From Anaerohalosphaeraceae bacterium (GTDB taxonomy: Bacteria; Planctomycetota; Phycisphaerae; Sedimentisphaerales; Anaerohalosphaeraceae), in NCBI GenBank assembly GCA_050309605.1, contig JBNRMN010000003.1:33665-97664 (forward strand): a DNA stretch of 64,000 nt. Reading direction: 5' to 3'. How positions within the stretch are numbered: position 1 is the stretch's first letter; each line of letters starts with the position of its first letter. This document shows positions 19,719 through 29,290 of the stretch, piece after piece. A model generated the notes under the pieces. That model did not search any database and had not been told where the DNA came from. It saw only the letters and a program-made list of their open reading frames with translations. The translations under genes and the position numbers were made by a program.

Positions 19719-21557
19719 TTAATTCGATGTCTCCGGTGGTGCGGGAATATCCATCATCTCCATCAAAAAGCCGTCCGGACGGGTGCGAATCCAACTGAGA
19801 CTCAGCCCGAAATAGGAACGCACTTTTTCAAAGTCCGGAAGCGCTTCAAACGCCGGCAGCAGGGAAGCAACCCAGTCATTTTGAATATCCAGTTCAATCA
19901 GGCCGCTCAGTTTGCCGCTTTTCAGAGTGGCCCAGGCCTGTTGTCCGGCCATCTGCATATGCTCAATCGTCGCCATTCCCGCATCGGGCGGAACCTGTGA
20001 CATCGCCCGACGATACCACGCCTTCTCGCTCAGCGATTCGGCCTGCGGCCGGCTCAGACGCTGAATCGCCTTTTCCACGGCAATCTGCCCGCCCCAGAGC
20101 AGATGCGTCTGGGTCACGGCCAGCGCCAAAGCGTTTTCGCGCGTCTGCTGCGTATCCATTCCCGTCATAAGCAAACTCTCCAGCGGAATCGCATACAGCG
20201 TATAACCCAGATAGTCCCGCTGCAACTCCGGACGACCGGCGGCCAGAAACTGGCTGTGCAGCCCCGCGACGGACCGATTGAGCCGCTCGGCGTTGCGTAC
20301 CGCTACGGCAAACAGTTGCTCTTCGCGAAAACCGTCCTCTTTCGTCGGGTCGGTCTCAACGCTGCTGAAATAGATCATCTGGTCGCCCAAATTGTCCAGC
20401 AGGTCGTCTTTAAGAATGACGCCGGGTGACCCGTCGGCCTGCGGCGGCGTAATCGGATTGTTCATCACGGCCGCAAACATCGGATTGATCGCCGTCAGCA
20501 TCCGAAACAACTCCGCCGTTGCGGACGGAATGTCGAGATTGATGAAGGCCATCTGCCCGGCCTGCGGATCAACAAACACCGGCGGACGAAACGGCTTGCC
20601 GGCCATTTCCAGCATTTTCAAGATGCCGCGACGGGGACTGCCGGCAGCCAGCAGGGCTTTGATGCTGCAATCCGTCCCGACCGACGGCGCAATCGCCATC
20701 GCCGCCGACAAGCCGGACAAACCGTCCAGACCCAGTGACGCCAATTCCTTGCGCATAGCGCCGGCGGCCTCTTCATCGCCGGACATAAAAGCCTTTTCCA
20801 GCAGCAGCCGTAAATTCAAGTACAGCTCCGCATCATACCGCGGCCCGACCGCCCGGCGCGACCGCTGATAGTCCGCATCATCGGCCAGGGTCCGGCTTTG
20901 CGCCCCGCCGAGCTGGCCCAGCGTAAATTGAACCGCCGCCAGATCGTTGCTGACCAAAAGGCTGTCGTCAAAAAAACAATAATAAGTCGGCCTCGGCTCA
21001 GGCGGATCCATAGCAGGACTTTGCGAGTCTGCCTCGAGCGCCGGAGCGGGCTTTTGCATCGTGATGATGTCATAACCGCGATAGCGTTCCAGTTTTCGGT
21101 GAGCACCATCATCAACCTGCTTTTGAAATCCTCTTTCGATGATCTCGCGCACCTGCTGACTGTGCCGGCCCCACTGCACCAGCCCCAGCAAAGACGGCTC
21201 GGATTCCCATAGCGGTTGGTCTTTCGGAAAACGGGCCGCCAACAGGAGCCGTCCGGGCGGCAGCAGGCCGTCCTGGGCCATCACGCGCAGCAGCTCATCA
21301 TTGTGCTCCTGAACAAACGAGTCAAGCTGCGTTTTAAGTTTGTCAACAAACGGCTGCATGGACGGATCTTTATACAGGCCATACAAACGGGTTTTCTCCA
21401 GTTGCTCTATCGCCTGCTCAGCGTAGTTGACAGTCAGCATCATCACCGTATCCGGCCCAAGCAGTTGCGCACTGTCCGGCAGAACGGTAGGTTGGGCACA
21501 CACCATCGAAATCATCGACATCAAAAATCCGGCCGGCAATCCGTAAATCCGCAGCAT
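19719..21557 (-). CDS. Exported hypothetical protein (DUF3352-like)
   Basis: Signal-peptide-like N-terminus, SD AAGGAG, 612 aa; family call tentative. Confidence 0.65.
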   Translation of the reverse strand: MLRIYGLPAGFLMSMISMVCAQPTVLPDSAQLLGPDTVMMLTVNYAEQAIEQLEKTRLYGLYKDPSMQPFVDKLKTQLDSFVQEHNDELLRVMAQDGLLPPGRLLLAARFPKDQPLWESEPSLLGLVQWGRHSQQVREIIERGFQKQVDDGAHRKLERYRGYDIITMQKPAPALEADSQSPAMDPPEPRPTYYCFFDDSLLVSNDLAAVQFTLGQLGGAQSRTLADDADYQRSRRAVGPRYDAELYLNLRLLLEKAFMSGDEEAAGAMRKELASLGLDGLSGLSAAMAIAPSVGTDCSIKALLAAGSPRRGILKMLEMAGKPFRPPVFVDPQAGQMAFINLDIPSATAELFRMLTAINPMFAAVMNNPITPPQADGSPGVILKDDLLDNLGDQMIYFSSVETDPTKEDGFREEQLFAVAVRNAERLNRSVAGLHSQFLAAGRPELQRDYLGYTLYAIPLESLLMTGMDTQQTRENALALAVTQTHLLWGGQIAVEKAIQRLSRPQAESLSEKAWYRRAMSQVPPDAGMATIEHMQMAGQQAWATLKSGKLSGLIELDIQNDWVASLLPAFEALPDFEKVRSYFGLSLSWIRTRPDGFLMEMMDIPAPPETSN

Positions 21558-21590
21558 GAAAGCTCCTTTTCAGTTTAAGAGTGTGATATA

Positions 21591-22571
21591 TTAAAATTCT
21601 GACAAATCAGGCGTTTCCTTATTGAGCCGTGCATCGGGCTGTAAATAGCGGTATCCGGTATTGGGATTGTCTTTGTCATAAGCGAAGGACTCATAGTGGT
21701 CGATAAAGTCGCGCACGTAGTGAATCGGAATCGCAAAGCCCAGCCCGCCGAATTGTCGGGCGCTCATATTGGCCACGCCGATCACGCGCCCGGCCATATC
21801 AAACAGCGGCCCGCCGGAGTTGCCCGGATTCAGGTCGGCGTTGGTCTGGATATAAACCAGCCCCTCAAACGCCCGACTGACCGTCGTAATGGTCCCCTCG
21901 CTCAGGGAACGTTCCAGCCCCAGCGGATTGCCCACGGCAAATGTGCTCTGCCCGACTTGAACCGTACCCGGACGGGACAGCGAAACAAACGGAAAGGCCT
22001 CCGTCGCATCGTCCTGTACCTTCAGCAGCGCCAAATCGATAAACGGATTGAGCGCAACAATACGGACATCGCGAAAATTCCGGCGTTCAAAACCGCTGCG
22101 GCTCTGTTCAAACAGCGTCACCGTAATCTGCGTCTCCCGTTCGATGACGTGGTAATTGGTAATCAAATACCCCTGGGGGTTGATGAAAAATCCCGACCCC
22201 AGACCGACCGGCGTCGAAACCATCACCACCGCGGGACTGACCATTTTGTAGCACTCTTCCAGCGTTCTGATTTGCGACTCGGCGGTATGATACAGGCTGT
22301 CTGCGGCAACGAATGCCGGAACGCCTTCTTCGGGATCCGGCTGGTTCGGGTCATGCGCGCTCACTTCCGGCTCCAGGGCGACAATATGTGCTTTGGGAAC
22401 AACCAGGACCGTGTATCCCAAATCCAAAACCACCCCTGACGCACGATCCGCCAGAACCGGCGCTGTCAGCCGTGCCCCCGAATCAAGCACAAGAGTGTCC
22501 GCTTTGACGAGAACCCCCAAAAACAGCATCATCCCCGCCGCATACATCGCTAAGAATTGTTTGTGTGCCAT
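21591..22571 (-). CDS. Trypsin-like serine protease (S1C, no PDZ domain)
   Basis: GSGFFI, ITNYHVI, DLALL, GNPLG, NPGNSGGPL, LGFAIP. Confidence 0.92.
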   Translation of the reverse strand: MAHKQFLAMYAAGMMLFLGVLVKADTLVLDSGARLTAPVLADRASGVVLDLGYTVLVVPKAHIVALEPEVSAHDPNQPDPEEGVPAFVAADSLYHTAESQIRTLEECYKMVSPAVVMVSTPVGLGSGFFINPQGYLITNYHVIERETQITVTLFEQSRSGFERRNFRDVRIVALNPFIDLALLKVQDDATEAFPFVSLSRPGTVQVGQSTFAVGNPLGLERSLSEGTITTVSRAFEGLVYIQTNADLNPGNSGGPLFDMAGRVIGVANMSARQFGGLGFAIPIHYVRDFIDHYESFAYDKDNPNTGYRYLQPDARLNKETPDLSEF

Positions 22572-23168
22572 GATCAGGCTCCTGAACAATACAGATTATG
22601 GATTCTTTAATTATAAGGTTTTTGCCGATTCGAGAAACGCAAAATTTCACGATTTCGAAAAAATCGACTTATGAACTCTATCGGCTCATGCCGGTCGAAA
22701 CATAAGTCTTCCAGCAGGTCCGATAGTATCCTGCCTGAGCGGGATGAATAGAAAGGGTGTTAAGTTATGCAAACATCGCAAGATATTGTGTATTACCTAC
22801 ATTTTCCAGCTTGCCATTGAACAATAGAATCAGTAGTCGATACACAAGGGCCGGATAACGTTTTTCTGGATTAAAATAAGGATTTTCCCGATTTATTCGA
22901 GATAAAGTACTGAGTATAAAAGATTAAAGGTTTTTAGAAAAAAATTGAAGTTTGACGGTTCGAACTGACGATATCAGTATTGCAACGGTTGCATATGCGT
23001 AATTGCAGCCGACAAATGACATACAAGATGTTGTGGGTGAAGAAAAAGCAAGAGGCCTCATAAGGATTCGAGGACGCAATGAACGCAGGCGACAGACACG
23101 CTGTTGCCGGTCGCTGATACGGCAGGGAAGGCCGAATGAGCGATCCATCATGAGGTTGGATTAAAGAT

Positions 23169-23483
23169 ATGGAAAATTCGAAAACAAGACGATTTCAATT
23201 GGAGATGCGGCGACTGGCGGAACGGCAATGTCGGGTACGCATCGGCAAAGCCGAGCAGCAGTTGTGCTGGGCCTCGCCCGATTTTCCGACCGAGCGCGTT
23301 ATCCATCATCTTGAAACCAATCCGATTGGGCGCCTGTTGAAGCTGATTGCCGCCCTGCCGGAGGTTCGCTACGAAAAAATCAAACACGCCCGACGGCAGC
23401 TTTCACTGTCCGACGAGGCGCTCAATGAACGGCTGGATTTGGCGCTCGACCGCGTGCTTGAAGAATTGACGACCGAAGGATAA
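23169..23483 (+). CDS. Small protein with a FlgM (anti-sigma28)-like C-terminus
   Basis: C-terminal LPEVRYEKIKHARRQL...LDLALDRVLEEL resembles the FlgM xxxRxEKVxxxRxxI...LDxALDxLL pattern. Confidence 0.5.
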   Translation: MENSKTRRFQLEMRRLAERQCRVRIGKAEQQLCWASPDFPTERVIHHLETNPIGRLLKLIAALPEVRYEKIKHARRQLSLSDEALNERLDLALDRVLEELTTEG

Positions 23484-23582
23484 CACCGACAACGCAAACC
23501 CGCTTCACCGCGGTCAAACATCGGTTCCCACGTTCAGCGGACGGGAGAGGACAGTCTTCGGCGTCGAGGAGAGCAATTCCGA

Positions 23583-24023
23583 TCAATGATGCGACTCATC
23601 GGAATGATAGTCGTCTTCATCCAGACTGACCGGCTTATAGCCCGGCTGTTTGGAACGTTCCACTTCCTCATCAAACGCGCGAAGGACAGTCTCCTGAATC
23701 AGCCGGCGACATTTGGCGTTGATGGGATGTGCGATGTCGGCGTGAAGCTTCGTTCGACCCTGCGAATCCGGATGGATGCGGTTGTCCGGCAGTTTGGCGC
23801 CGCACGTATTGCAAAATTTAGCCCGCAGGTAATTTTTCCCGCCGCACCGCGGACAATGATCGCTCATTTTGCGAGAGGGCATCGCAACGAACAAGCCGCC
23901 GGCGCCTTCGATGACTTTGATGTCCCGAATGACGAATTCATTGTCGATGGTCATCGAGCAAAAGGCCTTGAGACGGTCGTCCGGGTTGGACACAAGTTTG
24001 ACTCTGACTTCGCTGATTTCCAT
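23583..24023 (-). CDS. spoVG: SpoVG family protein with zinc-ribbon insertion
   Basis: [35 protein letters not shown]; inserted CPRC...CNTC. Confidence 0.92.
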   Translation of the reverse strand: MEISEVRVKLVSNPDDRLKAFCSMTIDNEFVIRDIKVIEGAGGLFVAMPSRKMSDHCPRCGGKNYLRAKFCNTCGAKLPDNRIHPDSQGRTKLHADIAHPINAKCRRLIQETVLRAFDEEVERSKQPGYKPVSLDEDDYHSDESHH

Positions 24024-24041
24024 AGTCTGCCTCGCATTTAA

Positions 24042-24932
24042 TTACCACCTATTGTCGTTGACGAACCTGCTGTCGCAGTTGAACGTGTCTTTGAGCCAAC
24101 GCTGCAGCCGAGGCATCCGCTGTCGGTCGGGATTCAGGATATACATAGCCGATCCGCTTCCGCTCAGGCAGACCTTTTGGCCGCAGAAGGCTTGGCACTG
24201 TTGTTTCAGCTCTGCCAGCTCCCGATGTAACGAAAAACAGCTTGTTTCCAGCATATTTGCGCATATTTGCACGATAGAATCAATACTCTTTTTCGCCGCG
24301 AGGGGTTTTATTTGAGCCGCCCAGCGCTCATAGGCGGTCTGATCGTGCGTGTAGTTTTCGTAAACACTTTTTGTTGAAACACTTACATTTGGCGTCAAAA
24401 CCAGCGCCTCAAAGGCAATTTTTTGTTCCAACGGACGGATTTTTTCGCCGCGTCCGGAACAAAAAGACGCCGGTCCATACAGAAAAAACGGAATGTCGCT
24501 GCCCAGTTCCGAGGCGATCTCGTGCAGCAGTTCCCTCGGCTGGCCCAGTGCGGCAAAGCGATTCAGCCCCAGCAAGGCCGCGGCTGCGTCGCTGCTGGCG
24601 CTGCCCAGACCGGTACCGGCAGGGATTTTTTTAGTCAGCGTAATCCGCAGCGGCGTGGAGCGATTGGCCGCTTCCAGCAGCCGACGGCACGCCCGATACA
24701 CCAGGTTGTCCGGCCCGTCCGGTGCCCAGTGCGGCCCGGTACAGATCAGCTCAATCCCGTCGGTTCGACCCGGCTCAAACAGCAGCTCGTCATACCAGTT
24801 GATCTTGGCCATCAGCGTCTCAAGCTCATGAAACCCGTCCGGCCGCTTGCCGGCCACCAGCAAAAACAGATTGAGCTTGGCCGGCGCATACACCAGCAGC
24901 CCCCGCTCGGTCGTATTGAACTGTTCGGCCAT
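24042..24932 (-). CDS. ispE: 4-diphosphocytidyl-2-C-methyl-D-erythritol kinase
   Basis: APAKLNLFL, DGFHEL, KKIPAGTGLGSASSDAA, LGSDIPFF, LSGSGS. Confidence 0.96.
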   Translation of the reverse strand: MAEQFNTTERGLLVYAPAKLNLFLLVAGKRPDGFHELETLMAKINWYDELLFEPGRTDGIELICTGPHWAPDGPDNLVYRACRRLLEAANRSTPLRITLTKKIPAGTGLGSASSDAAAALLGLNRFAALGQPRELLHEIASELGSDIPFFLYGPASFCSGRGEKIRPLEQKIAFEALVLTPNVSVSTKSVYENYTHDQTAYERWAAQIKPLAAKKSIDSIVQICANMLETSCFSLHRELAELKQQCQAFCGQKVCLSGSGSAMYILNPDRQRMPRLQRWLKDTFNCDSRFVNDNRW

Positions 24933-25018
24933 CGCATTCCTTATGCTGAATTTCAGATGCGCTTTTTCTTTATTTTACCGCTGTGATTCATACAACGCAA
25001 ATGATGTTCAGGGTGGGC

Positions 25019-25050
25019 AAAAAAAAGGGCGAACACGTCGGTTCGCCCTT
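25019..25050 (-). terminator. Rho-independent terminator after the PfkB kinase gene
   Basis: 10-bp perfect stem AAGGGCGAAC/GTTCGCCCTT with a 6-nt loop, followed by a T run on the minus strand. Confidence 0.85.
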
Positions 25051-25084
25051 CTGAAATTGTCAGGGTCTTGGGGCGGTGTCGCGA

Positions 25085-26164
25085 TCAGCGTTTGACGCGG
25101 GCGTTGCCCTGCCAGATGCTCCAGACCTGCTCTTCGTCGGCCGGCTGGCCGTAGTCAGTCAGCATGGTCGTGGCCAGTGCGCCGGTGGCCCAGCCGAACT
25201 GTGCCCATTTTTGTGAGTCCCAGCCTTTGAGGATGGCATAGAGCATACCGCCGACAAAGCCATCGCCGCCGCCGATGCGGTCCAGCACGGTAATTTCGCG
25301 CGGCTCGATGACGTGCCACTCGTCGCCGGCGGCCATAATCGCTCCCCACAGGTGCAGATTAACGCTGACGACCTGCCGCAGCGTGGTCGCAAAGACCGAC
25401 GCATTCGGAAAGGCCTTTTTGGCATTGTTGATCATGCCTTTGAAGCTTTCGATCTTGGCGGCGATGTCTTTTCCCCCGGCCTCCGGACCTTCCAGCCCCA
25501 GACACAACTGGAAATCTTCCTCATTGCCGACCAGAATATCCGAGGCCTGAGCGATTTCGGTAAAAATCTCCCGCAGTTCCTGCTGGCGATCCTTCCAGAA
25601 CGAAGCCCGATAGTTCAGGTCAAACGAGATGCGCGTGCCGTATTTTTTTGCCGTGCGGGCCAGTTCCAGACAAAATGTGCCCGTCTCCGGCGACAGGGCG
25701 GCAATCAGGCCGGACATATGCACAATCTGGACGCCCTCTTTGCCGAACAGACGGTCGAGGTCAAAATCCCTGACATTGAGCGTTCGCCCGACCTCGCCGG
25801 CCCGGTCGTTGTGCACCCGCGGCCCGCGGCTGCCGTAACCGCTGTCGGCCAGATTGAATTGATGCCGATAGCCCCACGGTCCGCCCTGCGGAACTTCTTT
25901 ACCCTCGTAGTCCATATGGCGGCTGGCGAGATTATCTTTGATGAATCGGGCAATCGGGCTGTCCTTGACAAACGTCGTCAGCACCTTGACCGGAAGCCCC
26001 AGATACGATGCGACGCTGGCGACATTGGTCTCGGCGCTGGTGGCCTGCATCATCAGCATCTGGCCGCAATGCATCGGCTGGCCGTTGGTCGGCGTCAGAC
26101 GAACACCCATACTGGTCGGCACAACAAGACTGTATTGGTACTCTTTTTTAAGTTCAATACTCAT
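25085..26164 (-). CDS. kdgK: PfkB sugar kinase, 2-dehydro-3-deoxygluconokinase-like
   Basis: SFDLNYRASFW, GNEEDF, DRIGGGDGF. Confidence 0.8.
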   Translation of the reverse strand: MSIELKKEYQYSLVVPTSMGVRLTPTNGQPMHCGQMLMMQATSAETNVASVASYLGLPVKVLTTFVKDSPIARFIKDNLASRHMDYEGKEVPQGGPWGYRHQFNLADSGYGSRGPRVHNDRAGEVGRTLNVRDFDLDRLFGKEGVQIVHMSGLIAALSPETGTFCLELARTAKKYGTRISFDLNYRASFWKDRQQELREIFTEIAQASDILVGNEEDFQLCLGLEGPEAGGKDIAAKIESFKGMINNAKKAFPNASVFATTLRQVVSVNLHLWGAIMAAGDEWHVIEPREITVLDRIGGGDGFVGGMLYAILKGWDSQKWAQFGWATGALATTMLTDYGQPADEEQVWSIWQGNARVKR

Positions 26165-26242
26165 AACGACTTCCTTTCAATTGGCTCTAATTCGTGCGTT
26201 TACTGTGGCCGCATTTCTCTGTTATTGCTCACGACTTGAGGT

Positions 26243-26271
26243 ATTTTACAGTATCCGCCGCGGACAATCAA
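26243..26271 (-). promoter_or_regulatory. Sigma70-type promoter for the kinase gene
   Basis: TTGATT-N17-TAAAAT on the minus strand. Confidence 0.55.
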
Positions 26272-26405
26272 GAGGCAAGTTTCAATCCGAGCGCACAATC
26301 AGACTGCTGATCTCCTGTCGGCCCACGTGTTAACGTTTTTTTTCGGTTTTTCCCGCAACGGCAGCCAGTCGGCGGCATCATTTGAATAGAAACTTCGAAA
26401 AAAGG

Positions 26406-26433
26406 TTGCAATTGCACAGAGGAATACTACAAT
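26406..26433 (+). promoter_or_regulatory. Sigma70-type promoter for nfeD-flotillin
   Basis: TTGCAA-N16-TACAAT; GCAATTGC palindromes at 26408 and 26439. Confidence 0.5.
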
Positions 26434-26459
26434 TCCAGGCAATTGCAAAGGAGATGCCC

Positions 26460-27059
26460 ATGCTGTCGTTTATTGATGAAATGAGCGGTCTTGAACTGCT
26501 GTTTGTCACCTGTGCGGCCTTTGGTACCATTCTGTTTGTCATCCGGCTGGTGCTGATGTTTCTCGGAGGCGACGCCGAGACCGGCGATGCCGACGGACTG
26601 GACGGCGCCGACGGGGCAGACGGGATCGATACCGACTTTTCCGATTCCGATCTGAGTTTCAAGGTGCTGTCGCTGCAGGGCATAACCGCCTTTTTTATGA
26701 TGTTCGGACTGGTCGGCTGGGCCTTGGTCAGACAGGGCAATATCTCACCCCTTTTTTCCATCCTCGGCGGGACGATCGCGGGACTGGCGACGGTCTGGGT
26801 AATGAAGAAGATTTTTCAGATGGCCGGAGCATTGCAATCCAGCGGCACCATCAACCTGCAAAACGCCGTCGGTCAGGAAGGGCACGTGTATCTGACCATC
26901 CGACCCGGCCAGACCGGCAAGGTTCAGCTCACCGTTCAGGGCCGCTTGTCCGTCTTGAACGCCATGGCCGAGGGCAGCGAAGAAATCAAAACCGGACAGC
27001 GCGTTCGGGTGGTGCGCGTCAGCGCCGACACATTGGTCGTCGAAACACTGAATTCATAA
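26460..27059 (+). CDS. NfeD-like membrane protein (YuaF/YqiJ type)
   Basis: TM helices, SLQGITAFFMMFG, C-terminal OB fold (GQEGHVYLTI...GKVQ...IKTGQRVRV); SD AAGGAG; upstream of flotillin. Confidence 0.88.
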   Translation: MLSFIDEMSGLELLFVTCAAFGTILFVIRLVLMFLGGDAETGDADGLDGADGADGIDTDFSDSDLSFKVLSLQGITAFFMMFGLVGWALVRQGNISPLFSILGGTIAGLATVWVMKKIFQMAGALQSSGTINLQNAVGQEGHVYLTIRPGQTGKVQLTVQGRLSVLNAMAEGSEEIKTGQRVRVVRVSADTLVVETLNS

Positions 27060-27081
27060 GGATGGACTCTAACAGGAAGGA

Positions 27082-28767
27082 ATGACTATGCCGTCTTCAA
27101 CGATTATCTGGCTGTTTGTAATTCTTGCGTTCGTCATTCTGGTCTTATCAACGCTGATGTTTCTGGCGTCGCGGTATAAACGCTGCGCTTCGGACCAGAT
27201 TCTCGTTACATATGGTCGCGTCGGCAAGAATCAATCCGCACGCTGCATCCACGGCGGCGGCACGTTCGTCTGGCCGCTGATTCAGGACTATGCCTATATG
27301 AGCCTGACGCCGATGACGATCACGATTCCGCTGGAAAACGCCCTGTCGCTGCAAAACATCCGCATCAACGTGCCCAGCACGTTTACCGTCGGCATCAGCA
27401 CCGAGCCGGGGATTATGAACAACGCCGCCGAGCGTCTGCTGCGGATCAGTCCGCGCCAGATCGAGGAAATGGCCAAGGAAATCATCTTCGGCCAACTGCG
27501 TCTGACGGTCGCCTCGCTGACCATTGAACAGATCAACCAGGACCGTGAAAGTTTTCTGGAGTCCATCCGAAAGAACGTCGAGCCGGAACTGAACAAGATC
27601 GGGCTGTATCTGATCAATGTCAACATCACCGACATTACCGACGGCTCCAATTATATTGAAAGCATCGGCAAAAAGGCCGCCGCCGAGGCCATCAATACGG
27701 CCAAGATCGATGTGGCCGAACAGGAAAAGCTGGGCGCCATCGGCGAGGCGCAAGCCGTTCGCGAGCGAACCATCCGCGTGGCCGAAAACGCCGCCGAATC
27801 GGAAAAAGGCGAGAAAAAAGCCGAAGCCGACAAGCGCGTCTTTGTGCGTCAGCAGGAAACCTCCGCCTCGGTGGGTGAGGCTGAAGCCGACCGGGAAAAA
27901 GCCATCCGGCTGGCCGAGAATATGGCCCAGGCCGATAAGGGCCAAAAGAAAGCCGAAGCCGACAAACGCATCTATGTGCAGCAGCAGGAGGCCGAAGCCG
28001 TCAAGGGCGAAAAGAAGGCCGTCGCCGAGCAGCGCATTTATGTCCAGCAGCAGGAAGCGCTGGCGGTCTCCGGTGAGAACAAGGCCAAGGCCGACATCGC
28101 CGACGCCGACGCCCTGCTGGCCATCAAACGGGCCGAAGCACAGCAGAAAGGCGAGGTCGCCAAGCGTCAGGCCGAAGTGGAAATCCAAAAAGCCCAGTAT
28201 TTGGCCGAACAGCAGCGGCTCAACGCCGAAGTCATCGTTCGTCAGGAAACCGAAAAACGCAAAGTCGAGATCGAAGCCGAGGCCGAAGCCGAACGTCTCC
28301 GCCGCGAGGCCAGAGGGCAGGCCGACGCGGTACTGGCCAAATACGAAGCCGAGGCCAAGGGTATCCGGCAGGTGCTGGACAGCAAGGCCGCCGGTTACGC
28401 CTCACTGGTCAAAAGCTGCAACGGCGACGCCAAGGCCGCGTCCACACTGCTGATGATTGAAAAACTCGAAGAAATCGTCGCCCGTCAGGTCGATGCCATC
28501 AAGAATCTCAAGATCGACAAGATCACCGTCTGGGACAGCGGCGCCGGCGACAAAGGCGGCTCGTCCACCTCCCACTTTCTGTCCAGTATGATCAAGGCCA
28601 TCCCCCCGCTGCAGGATGTCGCCGGCATGGCGGGCGTGCAGTTGCCCGACTATCTGGGACGAATGGCCGAACACACAGAAGGCAAAGCCGAGGACAAAGG
28701 CCAATCCGAATCGTCAACACCGACCGCCAACAAAGACGCCAAAGGCATCAAACCCGCTACAGAATAA
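27082..28767 (+). CDS. Flotillin family (SPFH domain) protein
   Basis: N-terminal TM, RYKRC, GGGTFVWPLIQ, AAERLL, AEA-rich coiled coil, KIDKITVWD. Confidence 0.93.
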   Translation: MTMPSSTIIWLFVILAFVILVLSTLMFLASRYKRCASDQILVTYGRVGKNQSARCIHGGGTFVWPLIQDYAYMSLTPMTITIPLENALSLQNIRINVPSTFTVGISTEPGIMNNAAERLLRISPRQIEEMAKEIIFGQLRLTVASLTIEQINQDRESFLESIRKNVEPELNKIGLYLINVNITDITDGSNYIESIGKKAAAEAINTAKIDVAEQEKLGAIGEAQAVRERTIRVAENAAESEKGEKKAEADKRVFVRQQETSASVGEAEADREKAIRLAENMAQADKGQKKAEADKRIYVQQQEAEAVKGEKKAVAEQRIYVQQQEALAVSGENKAKADIADADALLAIKRAEAQQKGEVAKRQAEVEIQKAQYLAEQQRLNAEVIVRQETEKRKVEIEAEAEAERLRREARGQADAVLAKYEAEAKGIRQVLDSKAAGYASLVKSCNGDAKAASTLLMIEKLEEIVARQVDAIKNLKIDKITVWDSGAGDKGGSSTSHFLSSMIKAIPPLQDVAGMAGVQLPDYLGRMAEHTEGKAEDKGQSESSTPTANKDAKGIKPATE

Positions 28768-28778
28768 TCTCAGCGTGC

Positions 28779-29282
28779 TCAGTAGTAATAGGTCAGCGTC
28801 ATATCGACGCGCCAATTGTCTTTGCCCTGCGGCAGTTTCTCGAAGCTGAGCTGTTCGCACTGCAGCTCCGGCCAGCGAACCAGCATCGTCGAGAGGAACT
28901 TGGCGGTTCGTTCGATGTCGATGGTGCGAATCGAAAGCGTCGCTGAACGCGCTCGTTTTCCCGCACGTCGTGTTTCGCCGCGGGTATTCAGCGTGAAATT
29001 GGCCGGGGGAATAGAAAACAGCGTCGCGAACTGATTGACCGCCTGCGTAAAATCAAAGTCGCCGGCGGCGGCGCCGTCTTCCTGCTGATGGGTCAAACGC
29101 TGCGGCTCAATCGTGATGATCTGAGCCAGCAGCTCTTCGGCCGCCTCATAATCGTTTTTTTCGTTTTCCCACGCCGTCGCCGCACGGGGATAAAACACCG
29201 CGGCGGCCGCAACCGCCCACACGCCGGTCACCACGGGAATCGCAATATAATAAAACAACGGATTCTTCAGATAATCTTTCAT
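28779..29282 (-). CDS. T2SS GspM/PilO-like protein
   Basis: Single N-terminal TM plus coiled coil and ferredoxin-like C-terminus; last gene of the T2SS operon (call is positional). Confidence 0.55.
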   Translation of the reverse strand: MKDYLKNPLFYYIAIPVVTGVWAVAAAAVFYPRAATAWENEKNDYEAAEELLAQIITIEPQRLTHQQEDGAAAGDFDFTQAVNQFATLFSIPPANFTLNTRGETRRAGKRARSATLSIRTIDIERTAKFLSTMLVRWPELQCEQLSFEKLPQGKDNWRVDMTLTYYY

Positions 29283-29290
29283 CGCGGACC

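Noticed and set aside
26382..26459. ORF-track start for the NfeD-like gene
   Set aside because: Contains the predicted promoter and SD; ATG 26460 fits better.
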